A stretch of 64,000 bases of DNA from Myxococcota bacterium (GCA_023150835.1 JAKLKB010000012.1:1-64000), one strand, 5' to 3'; positions 28,234-39,077 are shown, counted from the first letter of the stretch. A program made the numbers and translations. The notes: generated from the letters alone by a model not told the origin.

Positions 28234-30402
28234 GTGACGTGCTGGAGAAACAGAAGATGGACTTGGGTGCTGCTTTGCGCCTTGTGGGTCGGTGGCATGA
28301 CCGCTTGGGATGCCCGCGCCGCTCCGCCTTGTCTCCCCCAATGGCGAAAGCTAATCCGCCTCGAACTTCGCGATCAACCGATCCTCGAAGTGGTGAAAAA
28401 GATCTCGGACTTAACGTGCTACCATTTCATTGTTGCGGATCAGGTGCGCGGTAGAAAGATAACGCTGATCGCCGAAAAAGCCGTCTCTGTTCGTGACGTA
28501 TACAGCGCCTTTTTGTCGATGTTGGAGGTCAACGAACTCACGCTCGTCAAAGAGGGCGCATATCGCCGCATCGTGTTTTCCCGCCAAGCCCTCCAGCAAC
28601 CGATCCCCTACAGCCAAGGGAAGTTTCGAGAAGCCGCCCAAGACCAACTGGTGATGTATATGCTGACCGTCAAGCACATCGACGTGTTTCAGCTCAACAA
28701 CGTCTTGCGCCAACTGGCCAGTCCTGCGGGCCGTACCATCGTCTTTCAACCCTCTTCGATCATCCTGTTGGTGGACTACGCCAACAACATCCAGCGCTTG
28801 CTCAAGATCGTCAACGAGCTTGATGTCGCCGAAGCCAACGTCCGCGAGCGCATGTATATCGTGCAGATCCTCAATGGCCAAGCCCAAGAGATCGTGCAGC
28901 GCGTCCAAGCCATCTTCCAAGTCCAACAGATCCAGCCCAACCAACGCAGATTCGGCTCCAACCAGATCGACGAAAACTACCGCCTCTCGAAGATCATCGC
29001 CGACGAGCGCACCAACCGCGTGATCATCGTCTCAGGCCCGATGGCGTTTGCGAATGTGCGGGGACTGCTCGACAAACTGGATATCTCGCTACCTGACGGA
29101 GGCCAAGTTCGCCTGACACGCCTGCGCTTTGCAAAGGCCGATGAGATCGCCCAAACCCTCTCACAACTGGCCCAAGGCCGTTCGCCCATGCGAGGGCGTG
29201 CGCCGATCCGAGCTTCTTCCACCGATCTATTCCAAGGCGAGATCCGCATCACTCCTGACAAAGCCACAAACTCCCTTGTGATCGTCGCCAACCAGCGCGA
29301 TTACGAAAGCCTGATGCGCGTAATCAAACAGCTTGATGTCCGCCGCAAGCAGATCTTCATCGAAGCCGTGATCATGGAAGTCAGCCTCGAAAAGACGCGA
29401 GAGCTTGGGGCCGCCTTTCACGGTGGTTTACCGCTTTCCACCGACACCACCAATCCCTCCTTTGCGCTCCTAGGGACCCGACTTTCGGGGCTGACCAGCC
29501 TTGTACTCGATCCCGCTTCGCTGATGGGCCTTGCGCTTGGTTTGCGCGGGCCACCCCTTGCCGGAACATCGGGCCTTTTGGGGACAGGAACCTCCATCCC
29601 TTCTTTTGGCGTTGTCTTGCGCGCTATGCAGACCAACTCCGATGTCGACTTGATCTCAACGCCCCATGTCCTCGCCACAACCAACGAAGAAGCCACGCTC
29701 CAAGTCGGCCAAAACGTCCCATTCATCGCAGGAACCAACTTTTCTTCGATCGGGATGGGCGTCGGCTTTCCCGTACAAAATATCCAACGCCAAGACGTCG
29801 CCCTCACCCTCAAACTCAAACCCCAAGTCAACGCAGGCGACCGCGTCAAGATCGAGATCGATCTCGAATTAACCGAGATCGCGTCCCAAAACCGCGAACT
29901 CGGCCCCACCACCACCAAGCGAAAGATCAAAACCACCGTCCGCGTCCGTGACAACCAAACCATCGTGATCGGTGGATTGATCCGCGATCGTCAGGCCAAG
30001 GGCGTCTCGAAAGTCCCTGTACTCGGCGATATCCCTCTTCTTGGGGCGCTGTTTCGGGTCGAACAAAACTCCACCGAAAAACGCAATCTGTTGATCTTTA
30101 TGACCCCTCACATCGTCCTGACCGCCTCGGACTTCCGCAAGATCTTTCAACAAAAGATGCGCGAGCGCCAAGAGTTCCTCGATGCCTACTACACCGAAAA
30201 ATACAAAGAGCTTCGTGATAGCGCAAAGCTCCGATCAACGGGCGTATTGGATCATGTGTTTCGAGATCATGAGTACGTCGAGTCTCGCGCAGCACGCGAG
30301 CAACAGAAAAAACGCGAAGCTCAAAAACAAAAGGAAAGCCAAAAAGAGCTCCCTCGCGCCCAACAAGTCTCCCCCTCCAAAGCCCCGTCCCCCCGCGATT
30401 AG
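28234..30402 (+). CDS. gspD: Type II secretion system secretin
   Basis: AGGAG+GTG start and signal peptide; N domains (IIADERTNRVII, ITPDKATNSLVI), QIFIEAVIMEV, KVPVLGDIPLLGALF, NLLIFMTPHIV. Confidence 0.93.
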   Translation: MTCWRNRRWTWVLLCALWVGGMTAWDARAAPPCLPQWRKLIRLELRDQPILEVVKKISDLTCYHFIVADQVRGRKITLIAEKAVSVRDVYSAFLSMLEVNELTLVKEGAYRRIVFSRQALQQPIPYSQGKFREAAQDQLVMYMLTVKHIDVFQLNNVLRQLASPAGRTIVFQPSSIILLVDYANNIQRLLKIVNELDVAEANVRERMYIVQILNGQAQEIVQRVQAIFQVQQIQPNQRRFGSNQIDENYRLSKIIADERTNRVIIVSGPMAFANVRGLLDKLDISLPDGGQVRLTRLRFAKADEIAQTLSQLAQGRSPMRGRAPIRASSTDLFQGEIRITPDKATNSLVIVANQRDYESLMRVIKQLDVRRKQIFIEAVIMEVSLEKTRELGAAFHGGLPLSTDTTNPSFALLGTRLSGLTSLVLDPASLMGLALGLRGPPLAGTSGLLGTGTSIPSFGVVLRAMQTNSDVDLISTPHVLATTNEEATLQVGQNVPFIAGTNFSSIGMGVGFPVQNIQRQDVALTLKLKPQVNAGDRVKIEIDLELTEIASQNRELGPTTTKRKIKTTVRVRDNQTIVIGGLIRDRQAKGVSKVPVLGDIPLLGALFRVEQNSTEKRNLLIFMTPHIVLTASDFRKIFQQKMRERQEFLDAYYTEKYKELRDSAKLRSTGVLDHVFRDHEYVESRAAREQQKKREAQKQKESQKELPRAQQVSPSKAPSPRD

Positions 30403-30496
30403 CGCTGTCTGTTCTCTCTATCCAAAAGCAAATCCCCCTCCCGCTCCCCCTGCCTGATACAAACGATGCCCCTGCCCCAACAGCGGAGGCCCGCTC

Positions 30497-33400
30497 TCAG
30501 TTATCGAGCACAAGCACCCAGTCTGTCGCCATGATCGTCTTGTTGGAGGGTGGGGTGTTCATCATCACGGGTGCGTTTCCGCTGCCTGTGTTGTTGGTGG
30601 CGTTTTTCACCACGGAGTTGGGCGGTTGCAAGAACTGGTTGGCACCGCTCAAACGGGACAACGACACTTGGACGGCCAGCTTACCGCTCTTTTTGACTTC
30701 GACGTTCGAGCCTTTCTTGGGATCGGTCGGATCACGCGGGACGTTTTGCAGATCACCCGGCGTATAAGAAACCGTCGGTCCCATGCTCAGCGTATTTTTC
30801 CCGAACGCGTGGTAACGGTAAAATTGGTAATCATTGGGTTGAGTCACAGGTGGCTCGGTAATCAACATCGGCTGCGTGTAGTTGATATCGTTGCAACGCG
30901 CATCCGCCACAGGAGAACTCGCTTTCGGACCATCGACGTACTGCGTGCGCATCCCTTCGTTTTGGCATTCTGGAGGGTTTGAATGGGTGTTGCAGGAAGT
31001 CAAGGCATTGCACTGCTCGACGGGTGTACGGTCGTTGTTGTAACGGCTTGCATTTTTCAATGCGAGGCAAGTCGCATCGGTGCAAGGTTCCTCGTAGCGG
31101 ATGCCGTAAAGCCGCGCCTCACCGGGGAGACCACACACGGGCAGCGTATCGCTCGCCACGTCGAAGGTTGTAAAATAGGTAATACCGTTCGCTATCACGG
31201 GATCTCCCGTAAATTTCTCTCCTGTGTAGCCGCCTGCGGTGTACTGTTTCAACAGAGTTTGGCTGTTATCCCGATCGTTATACTTGTTGAGATCGCCCAT
31301 CCACGCATGAACGAGATAACGAAACTCACCGAGCGAACCGAGGATCTCGCGCAACGAGAAGGTCTTGTTGGTGGCGTCATAAGATTCCACGTTCGTCAAA
31401 TCGCCCGTTCCACCCGAAAGAACAAGCTCACCGCGTGGGTTCAAAGCAAGCGCCATCGAACTCATCACAGGTTGAGGAGAAGTGTTGTACTTGAACGGAT
31501 CATGGACAAAGTGTGTGTTTTGTACGTCCACACCGTTGCACTTGGGCATCTGGGGTTGGCCGGTCGTCGGATTGACGTTGCCCCACGCCGCAACATCTGG
31601 ACATCCAAGATCGACTCGGAAGATACGGCCATGTGCATCACCAAAGAAGAAACGTGTCATGGGTGCCGGCTCGATGGGGTATCCCACAGGCGTACCCGTC
31701 ACGCCACGCGCATCGTAAAACTCCAAAGGACGGTACGATCCCGTACACCCTGTCGCCGTTTTGCACGTGTTGTTCGCCATCAGATCGTAAGGAACGATCT
31801 CCGACAAGAACATACCTGTCTCCAAATCCACGATGTAGACGACCGCGCCGATGTGATTGTTGTTTTTGTCCATCGTGTAGGTGGGCGGGCTATTGTTGAT
31901 GTTGATATTGACCCCACCGGGCAGGATCGCAACGGCGCGCTCCATCGCGTTGGCGTTCGCACTTGGGCGGTTGGTGCTGATATCCCACCGCACAAGGACG
32001 TTGGCGATGAGCGGGCGTCCAACAGTATAACCAAGGCGATCAAACCGCGTATTGTCAGGCGACGGTGTGGTGACGATAGCCTTTGGATCTTTGTAGCTGT
32101 GGTGATTGATCTCCCACATCAAGCGGGGACGGAACGGATCCGTCACGTCGATCGCCACATAGCCGCGCCCTCCCATTCCCATACCAAACAGCAGGACCGA
32201 GCGAAACTTGGCATAGACTTCACCCGAGTTGCCGTCATAGAAACGGAACATTTGATAGTTCCCGACAACTGGACTTCCATCTGTGGTGTAGACGCGCCCG
32301 CCACCTTCGCGCATCCCACGAACGGCGTACTTCAGATTCGGCAAGACTGTTTTGGGGATAAAGCCCCACAACTCCATCCCGCTATCCGCGTGGAAGGCAT
32401 GCATGATCCCGTCGTTCGACCCCACAAACAGGACCGTTGGACGGCTCGCTCCGATGGTCGCTCCACCAATCCCCCCTGCCATCTGCGTTTTCAACCAATC
32501 GTTGTAGCGAGGATCTTCGCGATTGGACAGCGGGCGCGTCAACAACGCCGGTGTCGAATGATAGATCGCTCCCAACTTAAAGGAGCGCAGCTTGGGGCTT
32601 GTCGTATCGTATCCACGAATGAAGTTGACGAGAAACTCGAATTCTTCTTTGCACTCGTTTCCGCTTTGATCACAACCACCATAACATTCTTCTTGAGTGC
32701 AGCAATACGCCCCACGACAACCAAGCGCGCATTGATCTGTTGCTCCACCCGAATTGCAGCGCAAACGCAGATTGCGGCGAAAAGTGACGTTGATCGGATC
32801 CAATCGGTGTTCTGCTGCGGGAGCGAGCGTATTCGAAGACACCGTTCCGGGTTGAGCGTTGGCGATATCGCTGATCCCGCCGGGCTGAAGGATCGCGATC
32901 GGCGGGTTGGCGTCATCATCGTAGATATCAAATCGTTTCGTGGTGGGGTTATAGCCCGTCATGGTGGTGCTTGGGGTATGGTTGCGGGTCTCTGTTTGCA
33001 CACGATTGACCGAAAGATCCACAGAATTCGGCACGGTAAAACCGTTCGTTGTCAAATCAAGACCATCCAACCTTTCGACGTTGACAAAGATCGTGCGCGG
33101 GCTACTGAGGTTTCGCGTATCATCCAGTTGTTTGCCGAATTCCAAATAAGCCTGCGGCTCGGGTACCAACCGACCGTCATTGGGATCTTCGCAAAGCCCA
33201 GAACGCTCCAGTTTCCCTTGTGGCATCATACAGTTGAGCGCTTTGATATAATTGTTCTTACACCAATTCTTGCATCCATCCCATGCCGTTTGCGAACCGT
33301 CCGCGCCTGCGAAAAAATTCACGCGGTTGGTACCGTTGCAAGCGTGGTAGAGCGGCCACAAACAACCATTCCCTCCGAAATTGGTGCAGCGCTGGCAATA

Positions 33401-35122
33401 AATCCCCCATGCCGTCCCGGGCGGGCTGTTTGTGGTGCCTGTTCCTCCGCACTGTGCGGCTTGTTTGGCATCGTTGCGACAGATCGCGTTGTAGATCTGA
33501 TCGATGCGCTGCGAATTGGGATCGTTTGGATTGGCGAGGCAGTACGTGTTGCCGGAAGCGCTGTTGTCGTTGGTTTCGCTAAACGTACTCAAGAAGGTGT
33601 ATTGCTTGACTTTCTGGCTTCCCGAAACAGTGGTGCATTGGTTTTGCGTTAAGTTACGGTTGATATAAGACGTTGAGACGTTCTTTGTATAAGATTTAAG
33701 ACAGGTACAACCCGGGACGTTTTCGTCTGTTCGACCGTCGCAGTTGTTGTCCAAACCGTCGCAGACTTCGGCTGTTGCGTTGTCGATGATCTCTTGGAAA
33801 GCAGAGGCCAGCGAGGCCGCGTTGTTGGCAGCATAATAAAGGCAGCTTCCGCCCGTACAATTGGCGGGCTTCGTACGACCAAAATGCGCGATATCGTTTA
33901 AGCAATTTTTCCCAGCCGTTCCAAGACCATTGCCGAAGCCAACAACGTACGTTTTGTTTTGGTTACCAAAGTCGTTGAAGACTTGGTTGACCTTCCATTC
34001 GGCGCAGTTGCACTGCCCCCCGTGGGTTGTCCCTTTCACTGCGTACGTAAAAGGACTCAGGCTCGCCATCTGCGGTGTGCAAGTGCTGTTTGTGTTGCTT
34101 CCAGAGGGATCGCCGTCGGTCACAAAGAGGATCGCTGTTTTTCGGTTGGGGATGGTGTCCAGATTGCGCGCTCGTATCATCATATTTCGCGCCAAGTCCA
34201 GCCCCGCCCAATAATTCGTCCCTCCCTCAGCGGTTGCGTCGATCAAGGCTTGTTTCACGATGGTCGGTGGATCCACCGTGCCATCGTCTTGGACGATACG
34301 GTGGTAGACGCTGTTGGTTTTGTCCCAAGCGCTCCCGTACACGCTCGTGTGATAAGACCCGTTTGAGAAGAAAACAAGACCAAACCGAACTTTGCGGTCG
34401 TTGTAGGAGTTCGCAAGGGTTCCCCCATAGCTATCGACGGACTTGACAAGGGCGTTGATAGCGGTGTCCCAACGCGTATAGCGGCAAGTTTTCGCACCCG
34501 TCGGGCCTTCACAGGTCGAAGAACCCATGAAATCGAAATACTTCATGTCAGGGTTGTGCGTCGTGGTTCGGCACTGTGTGGTGGAGGAACAAGCGAATCC
34601 ACTGTCCACCAGCGAACCTCCCGTAAAATACATACTACAAGAGCGGTCGAGGACGATGATCAAGTTGGGCGGTTCGCAGTTTGAAGCGGTGGGGGGGGTG
34701 TTGCATTTTCCAGAGAGGCATTTGACTTTGTTTCCGCATCGGGCATTTTGGCAGTCTTTGTCGGTGGTGCAACTGTTTGGGCAACCCGCTGTGCTGGAAG
34801 CACAAGAGTTCGTCACGGCTCCAGAAGAATCCGTCTGTCGACAAACTTGTAGAGAGGGACAATGATGGTCTTCGATGCAGACGTCACAACGGTTGCTTTT
34901 GGGATTGCAATAGGGATAATTACTGACGCCTGAAGTACAACTTCCTCCATTGGAGCAGTACGCCGCAGAACGACAATAAGCGTCCGAGGTGCAGCTTTGG
35001 CGGAAACCTGGGTGAGTGACGGCAGTTTGGGGTGGTGCTGCGTGGGTTTGCGGCGCATCGGAAACCAGCCAGAGCAGGACGCCAAAGAGTCCAGCCCGAA
35101 GGATGATGGGGACACGTTGCAT
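30497..35122 (-). CDS. pilY1: PilY1-like pilus adhesin with Cys-rich N-terminus and vWA domain
   Basis: Signal peptide; MIDAS DRSCS and FVTDG; CDGLDNNCDG; LGAIYHSTP, FVGSNDGIMHAF, ELWGFIP, TDGSP. Confidence 0.88.
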   Translation of the reverse strand: MQRVPIILRAGLFGVLLWLVSDAPQTHAAPPQTAVTHPGFRQSCTSDAYCRSAAYCSNGGSCTSGVSNYPYCNPKSNRCDVCIEDHHCPSLQVCRQTDSSGAVTNSCASSTAGCPNSCTTDKDCQNARCGNKVKCLSGKCNTPPTASNCEPPNLIIVLDRSCSMYFTGGSLVDSGFACSSTTQCRTTTHNPDMKYFDFMGSSTCEGPTGAKTCRYTRWDTAINALVKSVDSYGGTLANSYNDRKVRFGLVFFSNGSYHTSVYGSAWDKTNSVYHRIVQDDGTVDPPTIVKQALIDATAEGGTNYWAGLDLARNMMIRARNLDTIPNRKTAILFVTDGDPSGSNTNSTCTPQMASLSPFTYAVKGTTHGGQCNCAEWKVNQVFNDFGNQNKTYVVGFGNGLGTAGKNCLNDIAHFGRTKPANCTGGSCLYYAANNAASLASAFQEIIDNATAEVCDGLDNNCDGRTDENVPGCTCLKSYTKNVSTSYINRNLTQNQCTTVSGSQKVKQYTFLSTFSETNDNSASGNTYCLANPNDPNSQRIDQIYNAICRNDAKQAAQCGGTGTTNSPPGTAWGIYCQRCTNFGGNGCLWPLYHACNGTNRVNFFAGADGSQTAWDGCKNWCKNNYIKALNCMMPQGKLERSGLCEDPNDGRLVPEPQAYLEFGKQLDDTRNLSSPRTIFVNVERLDGLDLTTNGFTVPNSVDLSVNRVQTETRNHTPSTTMTGYNPTTKRFDIYDDDANPPIAILQPGGISDIANAQPGTVSSNTLAPAAEHRLDPINVTFRRNLRLRCNSGGATDQCALGCRGAYCCTQEECYGGCDQSGNECKEEFEFLVNFIRGYDTTSPKLRSFKLGAIYHSTPALLTRPLSNREDPRYNDWLKTQMAGGIGGATIGASRPTVLFVGSNDGIMHAFHADSGMELWGFIPKTVLPNLKYAVRGMREGGGRVYTTDGSPVVGNYQMFRFYDGNSGEVYAKFRSVLLFGMGMGGRGYVAIDVTDPFRPRLMWEINHHSYKDPKAIVTTPSPDNTRFDRLGYTVGRPLIANVLVRWDISTNRPSANANAMERAVAILPGGVNININNSPPTYTMDKNNNHIGAVVYIVDLETGMFLSEIVPYDLMANNTCKTATGCTGSYRPLEFYDARGVTGTPVGYPIEPAPMTRFFFGDAHGRIFRVDLGCPDVAAWGNVNPTTGQPQMPKCNGVDVQNTHFVHDPFKYNTSPQPVMSSMALALNPRGELVLSGGTGDLTNVESYDATNKTFSLREILGSLGEFRYLVHAWMGDLNKYNDRDNSQTLLKQYTAGGYTGEKFTGDPVIANGITYFTTFDVASDTLPVCGLPGEARLYGIRYEEPCTDATCLALKNASRYNNDRTPVEQCNALTSCNTHSNPPECQNEGMRTQYVDGPKASSPVADARCNDINYTQPMLITEPPVTQPNDYQFYRYHAFGKNTLSMGPTVSYTPGDLQNVPRDPTDPKKGSNVEVKKSGKLAVQVSLSRLSGANQFLQPPNSVVKNATNNTGSGNAPVMMNTPPSNKTIMATDWVLVLDN

Positions 35123-35188
35123 GGGGCCTCCTTGATGGAAAGGTCAGGGGATTCGGAGAAACAAGGTATGAGCAAGAAAACACAGAGA

Positions 35189-36025
35189 TCATTTACAGAA
35201 TTCGTCTCCTGTGGCGCTAAGATGGAGATAAGCGCGATAGGTGCGTTCTGCGAGAGACATCGGCTTCCACTCCTGCGTGCCGCTTAATTGGCCGTTGGCG
35301 AGGAGATCTTGTCGAAATTCCCAAGAAACCAGCCTGCCCGTAGCAACCGCTGTGACGGTGTAAGTGCAGATGTTATGTTGTTCAAGAGAATTTCCAGCAA
35401 CAGGAGCGATAAACTGGGATTTTACAGGGTTGAAGACACGTACTTCAAAGTCAGGACGAACATTTGGCAGCGCATCGCCTCCGGTGGAGGTAAAGTCGTA
35501 CAATTTATCAAACTCACGAAAAGAATCCAAAGCGAATGCCCCGGTCAGTCGCTTTTCTGTGGGATGGCTTGCACGGGGCATCAAGGTTTGTGCGTTCAAG
35601 CAAAGCGTACGAGGTTGTGTACAAGCGTCGAGTGAAGTTCCAGAAGTAAGGATACACGTTTTTGTACCCGTCGTATCGCACTTTGTAAAATCGCCACAAC
35701 GATCGGCTGGACAATCGGCATCCGAAGAACAAGACGCTGGACACGCAAGCATCCGGTTGAGTAGATCGTTTCCGTGGATTGAAAAGTGGTTAGCGGTCGC
35801 ATGGATGGCACTTTTGGCGATCTGAGAGGCTTGTTGGATGCGCATCTGCGACATGGTGACTTGGTAGTTGAAGGACGAAGTTTGGAGCATATTGGTGCCG
35901 ATCAAGGTCAACACCAAAAGCAGAGAGATCACGATGATGATGGCCGCCCCTCGTTGTGCGCGCAGGCGCTTTTTTGGAGGCTTTGGCCTCGGCATCGTGG
36001 GCAAAAGCGAAGAAGTGGTAAACAT
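35189..36025 (-). CDS. pilX: PilX-like minor pilin
   Basis: QRG|AAIIIVISLLLVLTLIG leader lacking Glu5, directly before pilY1. Confidence 0.75.
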   Translation of the reverse strand: MFTTSSLLPTMPRPKPPKKRLRAQRGAAIIIVISLLLVLTLIGTNMLQTSSFNYQVTMSQMRIQQASQIAKSAIHATANHFSIHGNDLLNRMLACPASCSSDADCPADRCGDFTKCDTTGTKTCILTSGTSLDACTQPRTLCLNAQTLMPRASHPTEKRLTGAFALDSFREFDKLYDFTSTGGDALPNVRPDFEVRVFNPVKSQFIAPVAGNSLEQHNICTYTVTAVATGRLVSWEFRQDLLANGQLSGTQEWKPMSLAERTYRAYLHLSATGDEFCK

Positions 36026-36041
36026 CAAACCTCCAGAGGGT

Positions 36042-37502
36042 TTATCGGGTTTGCATAAAGCTGTACAGCATGATCCCGCCTGTCACCGTGCGCACACGAG
36101 CGGCGCTTTCGGCGCTCCCCGCTCCGCCTGTGGATGAACGCAGATTGAAAGTCAAAAGCGGAGCGTACGCATTGTTGCGTACGCGATGCGTCAGACCGCG
36201 TTCCTCCACATCACCACGAACGGACAGGCGATAAAACAGCATACGGATCGACTGGGTTTGGTTGTTTTGGGTAGGCCATCCCGTGGTCAAAGGGTTCACA
36301 ACAAGAGCCGATTGCGTTCCTGTGGTTGTTCCATCATACAGCGGCACAAAATTGGTTCCGCTAAAGTTGCTTGGGCCTGAAGGAAGAACGGAGACTGGCG
36401 ACCATTGGCTGAGTTGGTTGTTGTTTTGTACGGCAAATCCGAATTGAAGGTCGACGATGTTCTCGATCAAATCAATGGGCGGAAATACCCGTGTATAGGC
36501 AGTGTTTGCGCTGGTCAGATCAGGGATCGCCGTTGCTGCCCACTGGCAGCTTCCCCCCCCCGAGCAATTCGGAAAAAGAGGCGTGCGGCGCAGGTACCAA
36601 CGACCGATATCCACTTGGTTACTGGGCGCTGGCGCGTTGTTGCCTAGGCGGATACACGCAGGAGCAAGAGACACAGGGTGCGCGCAGATCTCGTAGCGCA
36701 TCCGCATAATCGGCGCGATACGCACAAGCGTTCCCCGTGCGATGCCGCATTTGATCGCGCTTGGATTGGTCTGATCTTCGTCGTAACGCAAAAACAGATC
36801 CGACGGATCGTTCGTGGGCTTGATCGGCAAACGTCGGCTAATAAAGATATTGGAGGCAGCGGTATTATCAGAAAAAGTCGAATCATTATTGACTTGAACC
36901 AATTGGAAGCGACCCGTTGAGGAACGGACGCTGATCAGTTGCCCTCGGTTAAAAAAAGCCCGACGAAAACCATCAAAGCCTCCTTCAGGCATATCGATCA
37001 GTTCGATCTCGTTGCCTCGGAGTTCTGCACGATAGTCTTGGTTTGTCGCAAAGTTTCCCATGATCTCCAGCGCGTCTGCGCGGATATGTTGATTTTGTGT
37101 ATCGCCTTCGAACGTGGGGGTGGGGATGGTGGAGCCGTTTTCAAAATAGATCGGATACGGTCCACGAGGTGCGGTGCGACTGGGGTTGTTGTTTCCCCAA
37201 AAAGTGCTGGTGCGATGGCAGAAACGGGTATCGTTCGGGCCGAGAGGAGTCATCAGACCCGCTCGTCGGAACTCTGCTTCCAAGATCAGGGAGGCGTAGC
37301 GGGTGGCGTTGTGGATGGCGTAATAAGAATCTTGGCTCGAATAGATGCGGCTGCTTTGGATGAGGATAAAAAAGATAAATCCCAAAGAAAAAGCAGAAAG
37401 AGAGATCACCGCCATCAACTCGGCCAGAGTAAAACCACGTTGCGCACGATACCTGTGTTTTGTGGTGCGGGAAGGAAAAGAAGGGCGCGCAAAAAGACTC
37501 AT
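36042..37502 (-). CDS. pilW: PilW-like minor pilin (large)
   Basis: GGAGG RBS; QRG|FTLAELMAV; EFRRAG; IENIVDLQF. Confidence 0.78.
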   Translation of the reverse strand: MSLFARPSFPSRTTKHRYRAQRGFTLAELMAVISLSAFSLGFIFFILIQSSRIYSSQDSYYAIHNATRYASLILEAEFRRAGLMTPLGPNDTRFCHRTSTFWGNNNPSRTAPRGPYPIYFENGSTIPTPTFEGDTQNQHIRADALEIMGNFATNQDYRAELRGNEIELIDMPEGGFDGFRRAFFNRGQLISVRSSTGRFQLVQVNNDSTFSDNTAASNIFISRRLPIKPTNDPSDLFLRYDEDQTNPSAIKCGIARGTLVRIAPIMRMRYEICAHPVSLAPACIRLGNNAPAPSNQVDIGRWYLRRTPLFPNCSGGGSCQWAATAIPDLTSANTAYTRVFPPIDLIENIVDLQFGFAVQNNNQLSQWSPVSVLPSGPSNFSGTNFVPLYDGTTTGTQSALVVNPLTTGWPTQNNQTQSIRMLFYRLSVRGDVEERGLTHRVRNNAYAPLLTFNLRSSTGGAGSAESAARVRTVTGGIMLYSFMQTR

Positions 37503-37515
37503 CAAAAACCTCCAA

Positions 37516-38292
37516 TCAGATCCCACCGGCAAGATCGCGGCGAACGAAAAAAGAGTGACGGACTTGTCGAAGATACGTTGACGCTCCTGATGTCGCCAAC
37601 GAGGGACCTGACGCGATGGTGTTTTCGATGGTTTGGCTGTTGAAGGCTCCACCTGTCGAGCCGCAACCATCGTGAAAAGTGCGGAGAGTCGGCGACAAAC
37701 CAAGCGGCGAATAAGGCCATGTGACGACGACCGTCACTTCTAACAATTCGCCGTCACCGAAGGCTTGTGGGGCAACAACTCCTTGACGAACCACTCCCGG
37801 GCTATCCGCACCGACCCAACGATAAGTGTAGAACACACAAAATTGAGCACGAGTGTACGTGCGCTCGGCTTCGGGAGCGGTGTTGTTCCAAGCGACAGAG
37901 GCGGGTCCGATAGCAAAATCCTCTTTGGTTGAGAATTGGAAATTCACAGGAGAAAAGGTCAAGGCCCGCCAGTTCGGGTTACCCACCGTTGCAGGAGGAT
38001 TCGCAAAGTACAACGTTTCGGTCAGATTTTGTCGCCATCGCAGCGCATCGGCTTGGAGAACTTCGCTGCTTTGGAGCGCAAGATTGTTTGCGACGATCAC
38101 ATCATCCGAAACTTTGTGGGCTTGCATACTGGTGGATTGCATACCGATAATCGCGGTGGTTGCGATCAAAAGGATACTCATCGCGGTCAGCCATTCGAGG
38201 ATGGTCACCCCTTGCTGACGTTGATCTCGTACCCGTTTGGAGTGGAAAGATGCAGGAGGCATTTTCGGTAGGAACGGATTCTGTATGAACAT
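37516..38292 (-). CDS. pilV: PilV-like minor pilin
   Basis: QQG|VTILEWLTAMSIL; EVTVVVTW; cluster order. Confidence 0.72.
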   Translation of the reverse strand: MFIQNPFLPKMPPASFHSKRVRDQRQQGVTILEWLTAMSILLIATTAIIGMQSTSMQAHKVSDDVIVANNLALQSSEVLQADALRWRQNLTETLYFANPPATVGNPNWRALTFSPVNFQFSTKEDFAIGPASVAWNNTAPEAERTYTRAQFCVFYTYRWVGADSPGVVRQGVVAPQAFGDGELLEVTVVVTWPYSPLGLSPTLRTFHDGCGSTGGAFNSQTIENTIASGPSLATSGASTYLRQVRHSFFVRRDLAGGI

Positions 38293-38321
38293 ATTAACCT
38301 CTCCGAGAAAACAAACGAAGA

Positions 38322-39077
38322 TTACGGATCCACCCCACAGCAGGGATTGTTGTTAGGGGATGCTGTGCAAGCATCTAGATCAGCGCGGCTGACGCGGCTT
38401 TGTCCGCTGCCAAGCAAGCGAATATACGTGGAATCGTGAGGCCGAACGCCCGCCGTTTGGAGGTTGTGGCGCATACAAGCTAAGTGTTCTGCAGGGTAGC
38501 AATTGACGTGTGTGATGTAGTTGGATGAGCTACTGATATCGCAGGTCGGCGGAGCGGGTGTAGGTTCACAAACACTCCCAGAAGGAGAGAAATAGATCCA
38601 AAGGCAATTGACAGACTGCGACGCAGCCACAAGGCCGTTGCGATGCAGTCGGGTAATCGCCACATCACCATAACGCCGCAAGGCAACGTCTCCAACGATC
38701 CAAAGAGGTTGGTTGTTGGGTTTGGTGGAATCAAACTGTCCGGCGATGTTGTTGGTCACGCCGAACGCATCGGCCACGCTCGCAGAGTCGCCTTCTTGGA
38801 TCACCAGCCGCCCACGTTGATCATCAAAAGGGTTGCCTGCCCATGTTTGGAGCATGACGCGATGATAGCGGCGGGTGCGGATCGCCCGAGCTCGCGCAAA
38901 ATCCAACATTCCCGCGATCTCACGCACCGCTTGTCGCCCCCGATAAGTCCGAACCAACGAAGTGCTGTTCCATGCTAAAACGCTCGCGATAATCGCGATG
39001 ATCACCAAGCCGATCATCAGCTCGCCAAGCGTAAAACCGGCTTCCAAACGAGAGGACACTTTACGTACTTTTTTCAT
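38322..39077 (-). CDS. fimU: FimU/FimT-like minor pilin
   Basis: EAG|FTLGELMIGLVII; ARARAI; IYFSPSG. Confidence 0.75.
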   Translation of the reverse strand: MKKVRKVSSRLEAGFTLGELMIGLVIIAIIASVLAWNSTSLVRTYRGRQAVREIAGMLDFARARAIRTRRYHRVMLQTWAGNPFDDQRGRLVIQEGDSASVADAFGVTNNIAGQFDSTKPNNQPLWIVGDVALRRYGDVAITRLHRNGLVAASQSVNCLWIYFSPSGSVCEPTPAPPTCDISSSSNYITHVNCYPAEHLACMRHNLQTAGVRPHDSTYIRLLGSGQSRVSRADLDACTASPNNNPCCGVDP

